Assembly: GCA_008632985.1 (NCBI GenBank)
Contig: QPGO01000005.1
Span: 889,607-953,606 of the forward strand
DNA: 64,000 nucleotides
Reading direction: 5' to 3'
From: Psammoneis japonica
Lineage: Eukaryota
Below are positions 48,530-60,775 of this stretch, piece by piece; position 1 is the stretch's first letter; each line of letters begins with the position of its first letter. Made by a program: the position numbers and the translations under genes. Below the pieces are notes generated by a model. That model did no database searches. It saw nothing but the letters and a program-made list of their open reading frames with translations, and had not been told where the DNA came from.

Positions 48530-49973
48530 ATGACAAAGAAGAAGAGCTCTAGCGGTAGTCCAAAAAAGACATCGAAACGAACAACGTCGAGGCCCTTGTC
48601 TGTTTCAATTGTTGTGAAAAAGCAAGACCCTGCCGTCGACCCTGTGGTAGTTTCGTTTCCATCTGGGCTCCCTCGTTCTTTGGCTGAAGGCAATACTGGT
48701 GAAGATGTTCCTAAATTTGCGTGGAGAGAATTGGAAAATCGCAAGCACGGTCGAATCGTGGTGGGAACCGACGACACATGTGTCTACTCGGCTCAGTGTC
48801 AAGGGCGTGGCTATGATGGACGAAGAACGAAACTCTGTGTTGGCGTATTGGATAGAAAGACTGGGACGTTAGAGATTCATCAGGCTTCACAGCGTGGTAC
48901 GGTCTTTGCCATGTCTCAGTCAGTTCCATCCTACAAGCAACAAGACGATATTAACGTCAATGAAGACAACATGACTGCGTTGGAGCGTCGTCGCATCTTG
49001 TTTGAATCATTTGGATCGGCGAAAAAGAAAAAAGTACTTAAATCGCAGCAAGCGAATGTGGTGAATGTGGATGCTGTTGTAGGCGCGGGGCTGTCATGAT
49101 GAACGCTATTCAAAGCCAGAGCATGAGTGCATCCAATCGAAAAGCTATGGAGGAATCCAAGGTCGGAACCAAGGTGAGAAGAATGATACAAAAGCAACTT
49201 GTGAAGTGCCCATTATCATAACTCATCATATTTATCCTTAATAATTGTAGATGGACGCAGTCGAGGTGGCATATGCCGAAGCACGCAAAAAGGTGTTACC
49301 AAAGTACGACGAGGACGCCAAGCAGCCGCATTTGGTCTACGATGCACGCGATATGGTGGGTGATGACGCTTGGGGACAAGTGAGTCGCGTGGTGGATGCG
49401 TGTCTGCACGAACAAAATCCAACATCCGCAAACTGGATCGATGGCGTCACGGGTCGTGGTGTGTGGGCTGACTCGGTGTCAACCTTACTGCGAGGCATCC
49501 CACCAGACTCTCCACACGCGAAGTATCAAGTCAAGTGTGCCATTTTGCTGAACAACATGATCAAATTCCACAATCAAGTGAGCAAAGGGAGAAATTTCAT
49601 GAGCGGTTCTCCCGAAACTCTCAACAAAATCTTCCGCATTCCCATCGAAGCAACCACTCGGTTCTTGGAAGTGTTTGCAACAACCATGACGAGGTCTGGC
49701 AAAGAAGGTTATGCGTGTTCCAAACAAAACATAGATAAGTGTCGAGTTCATTTGCTACTGTTGTATCTCATGGCTCATGGACCTACCATGAAGGTTGGAA
49801 GCATTGTTCCGATTGTCAGTGATATCAAGATGGAGGTTTCGCAAGCTGCGCAGCTATTGAGAGAGGCGGGATGTACCGTTTCCAAACGCGGAAGTAGTAG
49901 CAATACGTGGAGCGCCGCACTCACTGTTCCGCTCCACTTTCCTGCACCCAAACGTGCCAGGGGCAGGGCGTAA
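48530..49973 (+). CDS. RPA49: RNA polymerase I associated factor A49 (exons 48530-49173, 49251-49973; apparent 1-nt deletion at G-run 49087-49090)
   Basis: VVVSFPSG, CVGVLDRKTGTL, LFESFGSAKKKK, LPKYDEDAKQPHLVYD, LREAGCTV and ALTVPLHFP. Confidence 0.8.
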
Positions 49974-50385
49974 AGAATTCCGAAATCATATGTAAATTGT
50001 ACTTGTTCTGGCTTTTTCAGCAATCTATCGGCTTGCGAGTCAAGGATCTTTTGAATTTGCACACGGTATTCGGAATACCACGTCTCATGTCAAGGACAAG
50101 CATACTCTCACTGGCAAAAAGGGCCCTGTCAAATACAGTAGAGGTGGTGATTACCGCCGAACCCTGCAATTATTGGATCTTTCTGGTAGGCGTTTCCCAC
50201 AACGCGCTGCATGTAGTACTGCCCATTGACCACCACCAACAGAGGAACAAAAGATCCCACAATCTTCTCAATGAGGGAGAAGTGACGACTTATAGCTCCT
50301 CCTGTAGTGTGACCATGCCATGTGACAAGTCTCCAAGGTTTGCGCATTATATGTACCGGTATGATTGTTCTCTATTAGACTGCCA

Positions 50386-53051
50386 TTATTCCAAATTGTA
50401 CAGGTCGTCGTGTTGTTTCTGTTCTTCTTGTGCTTTCTTCATCCTGGCAATATGTGCATCCAGATCTTCTTGAAAGGCTTCTATTCCCACGGGTAGCTTT
50501 TCCGTCACCTCAATTTGCTTCCGAAGTAACGCATGTTTTTGTTTCAACTTCATGTGACGTACGTACTCAAACTCCATTTGTGCTTCCAAATCTAAAAGAC
50601 GAGTCATGGCAACCATGAGACCTGAAGGTGGTCCTGGCGGAGGAGACGGAGGAAGGACGACGGGTTCCTTCTCTGGAGGAGGAGGCGGAGTAGCGGGCTT
50701 TTGGGGTGGAGCCACGGCGGTAGCAGGAGGAGGTTTCTTTTCAGGTTCCGGAGCCTTTGGTAAAGCCATACTGCTGTAGGAGGGCGCGCGCTGCACCGGT
50801 TCAGCAGGTCTGGAAATAGAAGGACTACGACCAAACTCATCAGACGGTGGTGGAGAGCGTTGAAAACGGTTGTTATTCCAAGGAGGACGTTCCTGCTGTC
50901 GACTTGTCGGCTGCGGTGGGCCCTGATCGGGCAAAGATGGCTTTGGCCGTTGCATTGGAGGAGGAGGTGGTGGCGGCGGCGGTGGAGGGGGAGGAGGTCC
51001 GCTGCCTTGTTGTGACGGACCCCATTCGCCATGGGACGGAGGCACCGGTCTGAAGGAATCATCACGAGTTGCGGGCGGACCGTAATGGTCATCCTGCATG
51101 GGTGGTTGTGAGTACGGCCCGGTGACATCGCGAGATGGACCGTAATGGTCATCCTGCTTGGGTTGTCGTGAGTATGGCCTACTAGTATCACGAGGTGGAC
51201 CGTAATGGTCATCTTGCATGGGTTGCTGTGAGTATGTCCCGCCACCATCACGAGGTGGTCCGTAATGATCTCTGGTCGGAGGTGGTGGAGGAGGGGGCTT
51301 ACTGAAGGAATCATCGCGTGTGAAATTGTCTGGTTCTGGCGGAAATCGACCACCCTGACGATTGGGCGGTCCACCCCCGTATTGGTCATTATCCAGAGGA
51401 CGAGATGGACCGTATTGGTCGTTCCTTGCAGTAGGAGGTGCGTTTGGCTGTGAAGGTCCGTACGAATCACCTGACGGAGGGGGACGAAATCGATCTGCAC
51501 CCACTCCAGGCCCGGGTCCGTAGGTATTCCCAACATCTCGGCGTGCGCCAGGTCCAGGCCCATATGTGTCCAGACCATCTCGGGGTGGTCCGAAAGTATC
51601 CCCAGGGGTTCCTCGAATGCTAGAAGTAGGGCCGTACGTGTCGTCGCCGTCTCTTCTTGGTCCAGGTCCATAATGCTCCACACCGTCTCGTGGTCCATAA
51701 GCATCACCACCAATTACACTAGGAGGTCCACGGTTAGTAGCAGCAGGGCCATCCCAGCTTCTTCTTCGTTGTGGCCCGCCACCGCCACTCCAGGCAGTCT
51801 CACTACCATCCCGAGAAGCAGCGTCGCCTCCTCCACCCCCGCCACCAGTGCTGCTAATGTTGCGGCTGCTCTCTCTTGTAAAGTTTGGTTTGACCAAAGC
51901 CATGGCACTGTAGGAACCGGGCTTTGTGACTGGTGGCGGAGCATCCCCACTACGATCCCATGACGCCCTTCGATCCGGCGGCCTTGTAGATTCAGGAGGC
52001 AGGCGACTCGCATAGCTACCACCACCACCACCGCCGCCGCCAGTTCCAGACCATGATCGGTCAGGCGGACCAGTCGCACCTCCTTGGCCTGCACTACTGA
52101 AACCATCATCTCTGGAGCGCTTCTCCACAATCTGATCCATCATTGGTGCATTCACATTTGAATGCTCATCATCTCTGCGCCTCTTGGGAAATTGAATAAA
52201 TTCGCTAGAGGGAGACCGTGCGGTGCGTCCTCTTCCAAAGCTCGACTGTTGCTGATTTGAATTGTTATCGAAACGTGACGGAAGTTGTAGACGATTGGTA
52301 CTTTCAAAGGAAGGTGCACCTTGATTTACGACATCAGAATCGGCACTGTAGCTGCTCTGTCGTGGAGGCGGTGTTGTACCACCACGTCCATGGTAAGGCA
52401 TTCTACCCCTTCCTCTGCCGCGCCCTCTGCCTCCTCTGCCAGTATTTTGGTAGCTACGTCCTCCTTCATGTTGCTGCGGTTGATCTTGATACATGCTATT
52501 GGCTCCGATTGGTTCCACTGGACTGCTACGTGAGTCCCAATCACCGCCAGATAGAGGAGGTTCTGCATAGGAATTATCCTGAGAAAAGCTATCGCCATAC
52601 CTCCCAGACGCTCCTCTGCCACGCCCACGGCCATACGAGGAATATCTACCACCACCTCCTCTACCAATGCCTGGTTCATTAGTACCCGTCGATCCAACGC
52701 CTTCGTTGTTCCAAGCAGAATCGCCTCTGCCACCACCCGGCCCACTTGCGTCCATAGCCATAGAAGATCTTCCTCGACCACGTCCTCCATCACGATTATT
52801 ATAAAAACCACGTCCCCCCGACCCCCTCCACGTGAAGAAAAGAAGCGCCCACCACCACCTCGACCGCGCCCTTCATAGCCGCCACGACCTCTTCCAAACC
52901 GACCTCGTCCACCACGGCCTCCTCCGCTTCTGCCTCCACCTCGGTACTCACCGCCGCGTCCATCTACGGACTGTGGACCCCAACGAGATGGACCATCTTC
53001 TTGCTGCTGTTGTTGTTGATCATAAGGATTGTCTCCTCCTTGTTGCTGCAT
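50386..53051 (-). CDS. RGG/Gly/Pro-rich low-complexity protein with C-terminal coiled coil (apparent 1-nt deletion at C-run 52814-52819)
   Basis: The start of ORF 52326-53051 joins the 791-aa ORF if one G is added. Contains RGG boxes, DDHYGP repeats, poly-Pro and a terminal helical segment. Confidence 0.75.
51060..51270 (-). repeat. Coding tandem repeat, ~60 bp unit (YS.QP.QDDHYGP.RD) x3-4
   Basis: GGACCGTAATGGTCATC recurs at ~51077, 51137 and 51197, with a variant at ~51257. Confidence 0.85.
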
Positions 53052-53321
53052 TGTGCTTGGTCGCAGTACTCAAGGGTAAACAGCGGCGATGTCGTCCATG
53101 GTCAATGTTGAAGATCAGTATGATGTCCGGCCTACTGACAGACCGATATGCCACGTCACACACCCAAAGCTCAAAAAGACGGACAAACGCACGAGCGAGC
53201 GAGCGAGCTTCTTAGCGGATTGCGTCTGTCTGCCTCACGAATTTGATTTACGCATCCCGAAAAAACTGCGCCACAAAAAAATGGCGTCGTCGGAGGTGCG
53301 TCGTCCAACGAAGAAAGCATC

Positions 53322-55970
53322 ATGGAACCAACAACTCCAACAATAGCACCGCCCAATACACACAAGTTTCGATCCGTGTTGCCTCATGAGCCATTACCAG
53401 AGGAAGAATTCGGATATCTGCACATTCAAGGGAGCTTTCAACCGAAACCTACTGCGTCCTCCAAACAAGAAGCAAGCAAAATTGAAACGAGTAGTGAAGA
53501 GTGGACTAGCAGCATGCTGCACGACGCTTTACGTGAATCACCCATACTGAAGGAATGTAGCGTTCAATCTTTCAGCCTACTTGATCAGACTGCTCCTTTC
53601 AACAAGATTCGGTTGCAGTTGAAGAATCCGTCAGTCGCGCAACAAGTCATGTTTGATTGGCGAGCCAAAAAGCTGTCGCCCTCAGACTTGCTACAGCAGT
53701 TTTATCTTTCAGGCAACAAATGCCAATTTAGCAACCGGCCACTCCAAGTTACGCAAATCACCACGTGTCCGTTATCGCAAGAGCCAGCGTGGCCACGTTC
53801 CAATCCACCCAAGTTTCGACGCATCATACAGTCGACCACGTCGGAGCTTGAACGATCCAGTACTCGCTTTATCTTTTGCTACGGATTGTTGCCATCCAAC
53901 AAAACGAATATTCCAGTTCATCATTATCAAATGTCCCATGCGATTCGGAAAGTTTTTAATCAATTTGATTCATCAAACCAAGGAGTCGAAGTGTTTTGTC
54001 CCAAAAAGAATTTCTTGTCGTCCTGTCATGTCGGTATGAGGAGCAATCAGGACGCAACACGAGTCATTCAGGCTCTTCAGGGAACGACTGTGCAATGGAA
54101 TTTTACAATAAGCAACAATGATCATGACGAATCATTTACTCTATTGAGTGACGCGTTGTTTTTGGATTATGCTCGAGCCATTGCTCCAAAACGACATGGA
54201 CAAGATGAACCCAAAGGCGAATTGCCCAGAAGCGAGTGCACGTCCACGACAAATCATGTGCATGTTCCAGGATTAATCTTGATTGAGAAATATATATCGG
54301 AAACACAAGAGGAGGTTCTGATGGCGGCCTTGACGGGCCCACACGCGCCGTGGGCACCCTCGCAAACGACTCCGAGTCAAACCGGAGCAGTCAAGCGACG
54401 CGTGCAACATTATGGATATGTCTTTGACTACCAAACCGCCAATGTATTGCGAGATCGGAACCAACCAAATGCCAAGTGTCCACCCATGCCGGGATTACCA
54501 AAGGAAGAAATGTCGGACGAGGAATTGGAGAAACTCATGACGGATTCGGTTCAAGACGGAAATGGATGGAATGTGTTGGCTGGGCTTTTAGAGAAAACCC
54601 GAAGATTTGACTTTTCTTCCAACATGACTGATCTAGACGAGAAATCGCCACGTTGTTTTTCAGATATAAATCAATTGACTGTGAATGAATACAAACCCGG
54701 CCAGGGCATTGGATCGCATGTGGATACCGAATCTGCGTTTGGAGACGGGCTTCTGAGTATCTCGTTGAATGGCAGTGTCGTCATGGAGTTTCGTAACCAG
54801 TCCAATACACAACAAAAGAAGTTGGTCTACCTACCACCTCGATCGTTGTTGCTCATGTCGGGCCCGGCGAGATATGAATGGGAGCACATGATTGTTACTC
54901 GAAGGACCGATACGCATCAAGGGTCGGTTCTGCCACGAAGGTTGCGCGTCAGTCTCACGTTGCGAACCGCATTGAGTCTACCACACGACAAACCCGCTCA
55001 GCCATTGACAAGAATTGAATCCGACATATTTCCGCCACGCTGGGGTAACGAGGATAAAGAAGTAGATGCTGCTGATCCGTCAAGTGTATTGAAAACGCCA
55101 GAGACGGAACGACAACATGTTCATCATGTCTATGATTCCATTGCAACACAGTGGCATCATACGCGGGGGAAACGAGGTGTCTTGTGGCCGGGAGCAACAC
55201 AATTCTTAAAGGGATTGCCAACAGGATCTGTCGTTGCTGACGTTGGATGCGGTGACGGCAAGTACTTTTCTGCCATTTTGGAGGCGGGATCCTTTGTCAT
55301 TGGGACAGACATTAGTCGACCTCTCTTGTTGCAAGCCGTCACACGCAATGCCAAAGACGACGCTGTCCCTGAGAGCCGTCGTGTCAGTGAGGGAAGACGG
55401 CATTTGTTTCATCAACCTGCGGTTGCGGTGGGAGACTGCATGTCGGTGCCGCTACGAGACAGCAGCTGCGATGCCGCCATTTGCATTGCAGTCATGCACC
55501 ACTTGAGCACCGTCGAACGACGAATACGTTGTATTCAGGAATTGGTGCGGATTGTCAAGGAGGGGGGTACCATCAATATACAAGCATGGGCCATGGATCA
55601 GGAGGAATCCTCTAGACGGAAATTTGCGTCCACCGATGTCTTTGTTCCATTCAACGCCCAGCCGAGATATCTTGACAAGGTGAGCTCGACAGATAAGCCT
55701 TCAGTTTCTCCACCGTTGGATATCACAAGCGAAAACGGAGATGATCGGAGCAAGAGTGTCGCAGAAATGTACTCGGAAGCTTACTCGGGTGCCGAGTTTG
55801 ATGAGAAGAAAGGATTAGTTGTCTTTCAGCGATACTGTCACTTGTATAAAAGGGGGGAACTAGAACAGTTGGTTGCGCAAGTCGATGGTGCGAGAGTCAT
55901 TGAGAGCGGATACGAGAGTGGTAACTATTTTGTAATTTTGCAGGTCGCGAATAGTCAAAAAGGAGCATAA
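53322..55970 (+). CDS. ALKBH8: tRNA wobble-uridine methyltransferase/dioxygenase ALKBH8 (RRM-like + AlkB + SAM-MTase), intronless
   Basis: RRVQHYGYVFDY, QLTVNEYKPGQGIGSHVD, WEHMI, RVSLTLR, VYDSIATQW, DVGCGDGKY, AICIAVMHHLST and RYCHLYKRGEL. Confidence 0.92.
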   Translation: MEPTTPTIAPPNTHKFRSVLPHEPLPEEEFGYLHIQGSFQPKPTASSKQEASKIETSSEEWTSSMLHDALRESPILKECSVQSFSLLDQTAPFNKIRLQLKNPSVAQQVMFDWRAKKLSPSDLLQQFYLSGNKCQFSNRPLQVTQITTCPLSQEPAWPRSNPPKFRRIIQSTTSELERSSTRFIFCYGLLPSNKTNIPVHHYQMSHAIRKVFNQFDSSNQGVEVFCPKKNFLSSCHVGMRSNQDATRVIQALQGTTVQWNFTISNNDHDESFTLLSDALFLDYARAIAPKRHGQDEPKGELPRSECTSTTNHVHVPGLILIEKYISETQEEVLMAALTGPHAPWAPSQTTPSQTGAVKRRVQHYGYVFDYQTANVLRDRNQPNAKCPPMPGLPKEEMSDEELEKLMTDSVQDGNGWNVLAGLLEKTRRFDFSSNMTDLDEKSPRCFSDINQLTVNEYKPGQGIGSHVDTESAFGDGLLSISLNGSVVMEFRNQSNTQQKKLVYLPPRSLLLMSGPARYEWEHMIVTRRTDTHQGSVLPRRLRVSLTLRTALSLPHDKPAQPLTRIESDIFPPRWGNEDKEVDAADPSSVLKTPETERQHVHHVYDSIATQWHHTRGKRGVLWPGATQFLKGLPTGSVVADVGCGDGKYFSAILEAGSFVIGTDISRPLLLQAVTRNAKDDAVPESRRVSEGRRHLFHQPAVAVGDCMSVPLRDSSCDAAICIAVMHHLSTVERRIRCIQELVRIVKEGGTINIQAWAMDQEESSRRKFASTDVFVPFNAQPRYLDKVSSTDKPSVSPPLDITSENGDDRSKSVAEMYSEAYSGAEFDEKKGLVVFQRYCHLYKRGELEQLVAQVDGARVIESGYESGNYFVILQVANSQKGA

Positions 55971-56181
55971 CAAAATACAGACGACGACAGACTCACAACA
56001 TGAAGACTACGTTCTTTCTAGAATGCGAGTATGATACCCTACATTAGCTATCTGTCTCATCGCACGTCCTCAGAAGTGCGGCCTTGGGCTATCTGCAATT
56101 CTCGACGACGATCAATCGCTGGTAGATTGTGCTGCAGTCTACCTTCATCCCGCACCTCGTCGGCGTTGCTTTTACATTCCC

Positions 56182-58063
56182 TTATTTCCGCAACAGCCAT
56201 AGTTGAGAGAATCCCCAGTCCGCGATGATCACCATGAGACTTGAAATGACCACGGATGAGGTAATGACGTTGGGAACGTGTCGGGGTGACAGGTTGGACC
56301 GAAGCCTCGCCGACGCTTCTGCCACCAACATAACCACGGCAATGAAAACAGTAGATTTAAGAAGTAAAAAGAGTGGAGGGTATGTAGCCACTTCCACCAA
56401 GGAGTCTGTGTATGAGTCACTCCAAGGGCACCTCAGGTCCAACGTTTCCGCATTGAGAGGAATACCATCTTGTAGCGCAACGATGCTTCGTAGTCGCAAC
56501 GTTGGAAAAATGGTTTCCCTCGCCTTATGTACGTATTCTGAAAACGATCCGATTCCATAAGTTGGACCCACAAGTCCACCCAGTAGCAGAGCTAGCGCTG
56601 TCCCCATGACGGTCAAAAGAGGCGCCGACAAGAGCGCAGCAGCCAGAGCCGGAACGAGCGTCCACAATTGCGGGTTAATACCCAGAGTCACCAACAATTT
56701 GTTTTGCGCGGTTGCTTGCATTGTGGCTACCTTGCCTGCATAAGACCCCCCGATTCGGCCGCATAGGAGAAGAGCCGTCAACAATGGCCCAATTTCCAAA
56801 ACAAAGAGCTTGGCCATGCCAATAGCAAACAGATTTGCTTTTGCTTCCGGCATGACGGTATTGATCATGGATCGCACTTTCATTTTGACCATCATGAGCG
56901 TCATGGCATTGTTGTCTTCCCCAGTAATTAGTTTAAGCAACGGTCGAACCTCCTCGTCCACAATATCCAAGACTTGCTCTGTCACTTCGATGCGACTTAG
57001 AATATCGGATGACAGCATGGCAATAGCGAGTCCACAAGCGCAGAAAGTCAGCGCAATGAGTGGCAGCGACCAACACACATAGTCGACAAGCTTTTCTAAA
57101 AACCGTTGCCACGCTGTAATGCCAAACAAGCTGGGAGACCCAGCAAGACCATTGTCGCTCCCAAATGAGCCGATTTTGGTTGGAGGTGTCAAGGTGACCG
57201 TGACATTGTTCTCCGTTCGTTTCTCATCCATGACAAGGGCGGCCAATTCTGGCTCATGACTAATCAAGATTAGCGATGTCCCATGCTGCACCCGTAAGTG
57301 TACTAATTCGGATGCGACACTGGAAGCCGCACTTCTGTCGAGACCTGCAAAAGGTTCGTCTAACACAATGACGCGCTTCTTTTGGGCCAATTGGAGCGCG
57401 AGAGAAGCTCGACGTGCCATACCTCCAGAGAGCTGTGTCGGCCTCTTGTTTCCGTCCCTTTATAACGGTTGCAGTGTGAGAAGAAACCATGAAAAGGCGC
57501 ATCTGTATGTATGGATGAGACGTTTTCCTTTTCCTTACCTAGCATAGTCTAGACCGACCGCTTCCAACAATCGTTTGATGCTAGCGTCTCGCTCTTGAGT
57601 CGACTTGAAAACTGCTCCACTCGCTGTTAGAGCAATGTGAACATTACCGGCAACCGTAAGTGCGTCCAAGAGAGTCGTTTGCTGAAACAACACACCACAT
57701 CTTTCTCGTATGGGAATATTCGGGTTCCAATGACACGTTTCAGCCTTGATGTCGAGCTTGGAGAGGTCGTGAGCACTAGACAATCCAGCCAGAAATGTCG
57801 TCAGAGTGGTTTTGCCAGCCCCTGAATTGTCACGAGAAGAAGTTTTAGTTTTAGGGTACCCACGAGAATCCGTACAAGAAACTAAAGACATGCTTTAGAT
57901 AGTGCATCGTACCTGAATTGCCAGCGAGGCAAACACAACCGCCACGAATGAGCTCAAACTCCACCGAGTCGTTTCCAAATGGACACTTTGGTCCTGAGCG
58001 TCTTGCTCTGAATCGGAGAAGAGGCGAGGAGCTGTTGCCGTTGCTTGTGCCATTCACCGTCAT
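56182..58063 (-). CDS. ABC ATPase (MlaF/TGD3-like) fused to MlaE/TGD1-like permease (exons 58063-57913, 57821-57539, 57457-56182)
   Basis: Spliced Walker A GNSGAGKT, LFQQTTLLDALTV, LSGGMARR and LDEPFAGLD, then the MlaE signature LEIGPLLTALLLCGRIGGSYAGKVATM...LGINP in the same reading frame. Confidence 0.85.
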
Positions 58064-58324
58064 GGTCACAAATACGAAATAATCGGCGTCATTTTTTTTG
58101 TGCGTGCTTTCGGCATGCATGCTTTCTTCCCGCCATACGTCCGTCCGTCGGTGCTACTGCATGGGTTGCAATAATAAGCAGCCACGTGTCCAGTCGCGAG
58201 AATCATAAAGAGACCCGGATCTTTTCCCTCGCGAAAAATGAAAAATCCATCATCGCAAAAGATCTTTTGTGTTTGCGCGATTGCATGTCAAAGTTCTGGC
58301 GAGGAAGAAGAATAGAGAACAACA

Positions 58325-60687
58325 ATGGCGCTGGACGTAAAAGGAAAGATTGTCCTTATTTTATGCCTGCCTGTATTGATTTGGGATGTGGTGTTGTGGT
58401 TCTTCACGTTCCAATGGCTCGGACAGTCCTCTCGTAAGAATCAGAGCGTGGCGGTTGGGGATGCTACCCCTACGCACGGCGTTCCTCGACGCTCTGTCAA
58501 GAGCCCCGACACACTTATTGAGAGCCCTGATACGGTGAGACATGATTCATGTGCTGAGAAACAAAACTTATGGCGGTTCTGTTGGATTCAGCCTCATTCA
58601 TACATTTTCTTCGTTTTTCTTTTCGCAGCTTTATGACATGATTCAGAACGCCGTGAAGAAGTACGGAGACAAACCAGCTCTTGTGTCTCGCACGTTTGTA
58701 GAACTCAAGAAGCTCAAGGAGACAGATCGATTTCCAACCAAGATTTACGATGACCCCAATCTCGAAGAACTAACCTATGAGGAGCTAGGAGAAGATATTA
58801 ACAGTTTTGGTGCTGGGCTTCGAATGCTCGGTATGGAGCCTATTCCACAGCTAAAGGAAGGACAGAAGTTTGACGACCTCAAGGGAAAGTTTGTTATGGT
58901 TATCTTTGAAGACACGAGCAACGAATGGACCATTGGCTTTCACGGAGCCATGTCGCAGTCCATGACTGTGGCAACCTGTTATGCTACCCTTGGAGACGAG
59001 GCGGTCATCTCGGCGGTGAACGAGACTGGAGCAACGACGCTTTTGCTTAATTGGAAGAAGGCTGAGGAATTTGCGGGCCTTGCTCACACAATGCCAACGC
59101 TAAAAACCATTATTGCATCAACCTACGAAATGCCGGAAGGTACGCCTGCCCCTCTTGCAAAGCGTGGGGCTCGAGTCAAGATTGTGACTTTTGACGAAGT
59201 TGTCAAGCTTGGCGGTAAAGAAATGAAACAGTACCCGCCAACGCCACCAAAGTCAGACGACGTTGCAGTAATTATGTACACGTCGGGTTCGACGGGTAAG
59301 CCAAAAGGTGTTCTCATGAAGCACAAATCGATTGTATCTGGTGTCAAAGGCATGGCCATGAATGTCGTACTTCGTGACGGAGAAGAGGTCAACGTAAGCT
59401 ACCTTCCACTAGCCCACGTTTTGGCGCTTCAGATTGAGAATTATTTGCTCAGCAGGGGTGCCAAGATTTGTCACTCGGACGCTCGTCAACTCGGCAAGGC
59501 CCTTCCCATGTTTGGACCAACCGTTCATGCTGGAGTTCCAAAGGTGAAACAAACTGATTTCTTTTTTCCTGGTGTCTGATCGCAATAACCACTAACATGC
59601 AGTGATGCTGTTTGTCTCTCATAAATAGGTATATGAACTCATTCAAACGCAACTTCTAAAGACGCTGGGTAAAGGACCTTCTTTCGTGAAGCTGGTATTT
59701 GATGCAACATTTGCTTGGAAGAGTTTTCTTCTCAGCATCGGGTTTGATGCCCCAATCACCAATCTGTTCTTCAAACTCATTGCCAAAAAAGTATGGGGTG
59801 GAATTCCCCGCTTTATTATCAGCGGCGGTGGGTCGCTGAATTCCAGCCTCCACAATTTCTGCCGTGTTGTCTTTTGCTGCCCCATGGTGCAGGGTTATGC
59901 CCTTACTGAGACGTGCGTGGGTGGTTGCTTTCAAGATTTGGATGATCCTCGTGGTGACGTCGTTGGTCCACCTGTGCCCTGTGTCGAGATTATGCTTCAG
60001 AGCGAACCAGAATTCAAGGACGACGCTGGTCTACCATACTTGCACACGGATACCATGAGTAGCAAGGGGAAGCCGATTCAAGGGCGCGGCGAAATTTGTA
60101 TGCGTGGACCTTGCATTTCGCAAGGCTATTATAAGCTACCGGACAAGACCGAGGCCGAGTATGACAAAGACGGCTGGTTTCATACGGGCGATATCGGCCA
60201 GTTCACCGCGGATGGCGTTATTCAGATTATTGACCGCAAGAAAAACATTGTGAAGCTCAAAGGGGGCGAGTACGTTGCAGTGGAAGCTATGGAGACAGCG
60301 TTTGCGCAGTCTCCGTTCGTCGCGATGGTATGCGCTCTGGCGAACAGTGATTTGGACCGGCCGATGGCCATCCTTCTTGCAGACAAACACGCCCTCACAG
60401 CTTGGGCCACTGAAAATAACGTATCTTACGAGTCGATCGAGGAACTGGCAGGCATGAAAGAGACTCGCCAGGCTGTTGTCAAGTCGATGGTTGTAGCTGG
60501 TAAAGAAGCTGGTCTTAGCAAACTGGAGCTTGGAATCAAAGACTGTGTCATCGTCACCGACACAGAATGGGGTCCCGGCCATGGTATGACAGCCAGCATG
60601 AAACTCGATCGTGCGCAGATTTTCAAGATGCACGCTGATGCACTGAAAGCAATGTATGAACGTAATGGCGTCGTTGTCCACAGTTAA
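58325..60687 (+). CDS. Long-chain acyl-CoA synthetase (exons 58325-58534, 58629-59543, 59629-60687)
   Basis: IMYTSGSTGKPKGV, YLPLAHVL, QGYALTET, GWFHTGDIG and IIDRKKNIVKLKGGEYVA; N-terminal TM anchor. Confidence 0.92.
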
Positions 60688-60775
60688 GAGATGGATGCGA
60701 CCTTTTTCATTCGTTTTATGTATTTTCTCTTCTATCCAAAAAAGATTAGCATAAATTGCCGCCCTTCGTCCAGTG

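Noticed and set aside
13262..55970. Apparent cluster of RNA-metabolism genes (PPIL4, RtcB, RPA49, RGG protein, ALKBH8)
   Set aside because: They are spread over 40 kb among unrelated housekeeping genes, with no evidence of functional clustering beyond the RtcB-2H pair.
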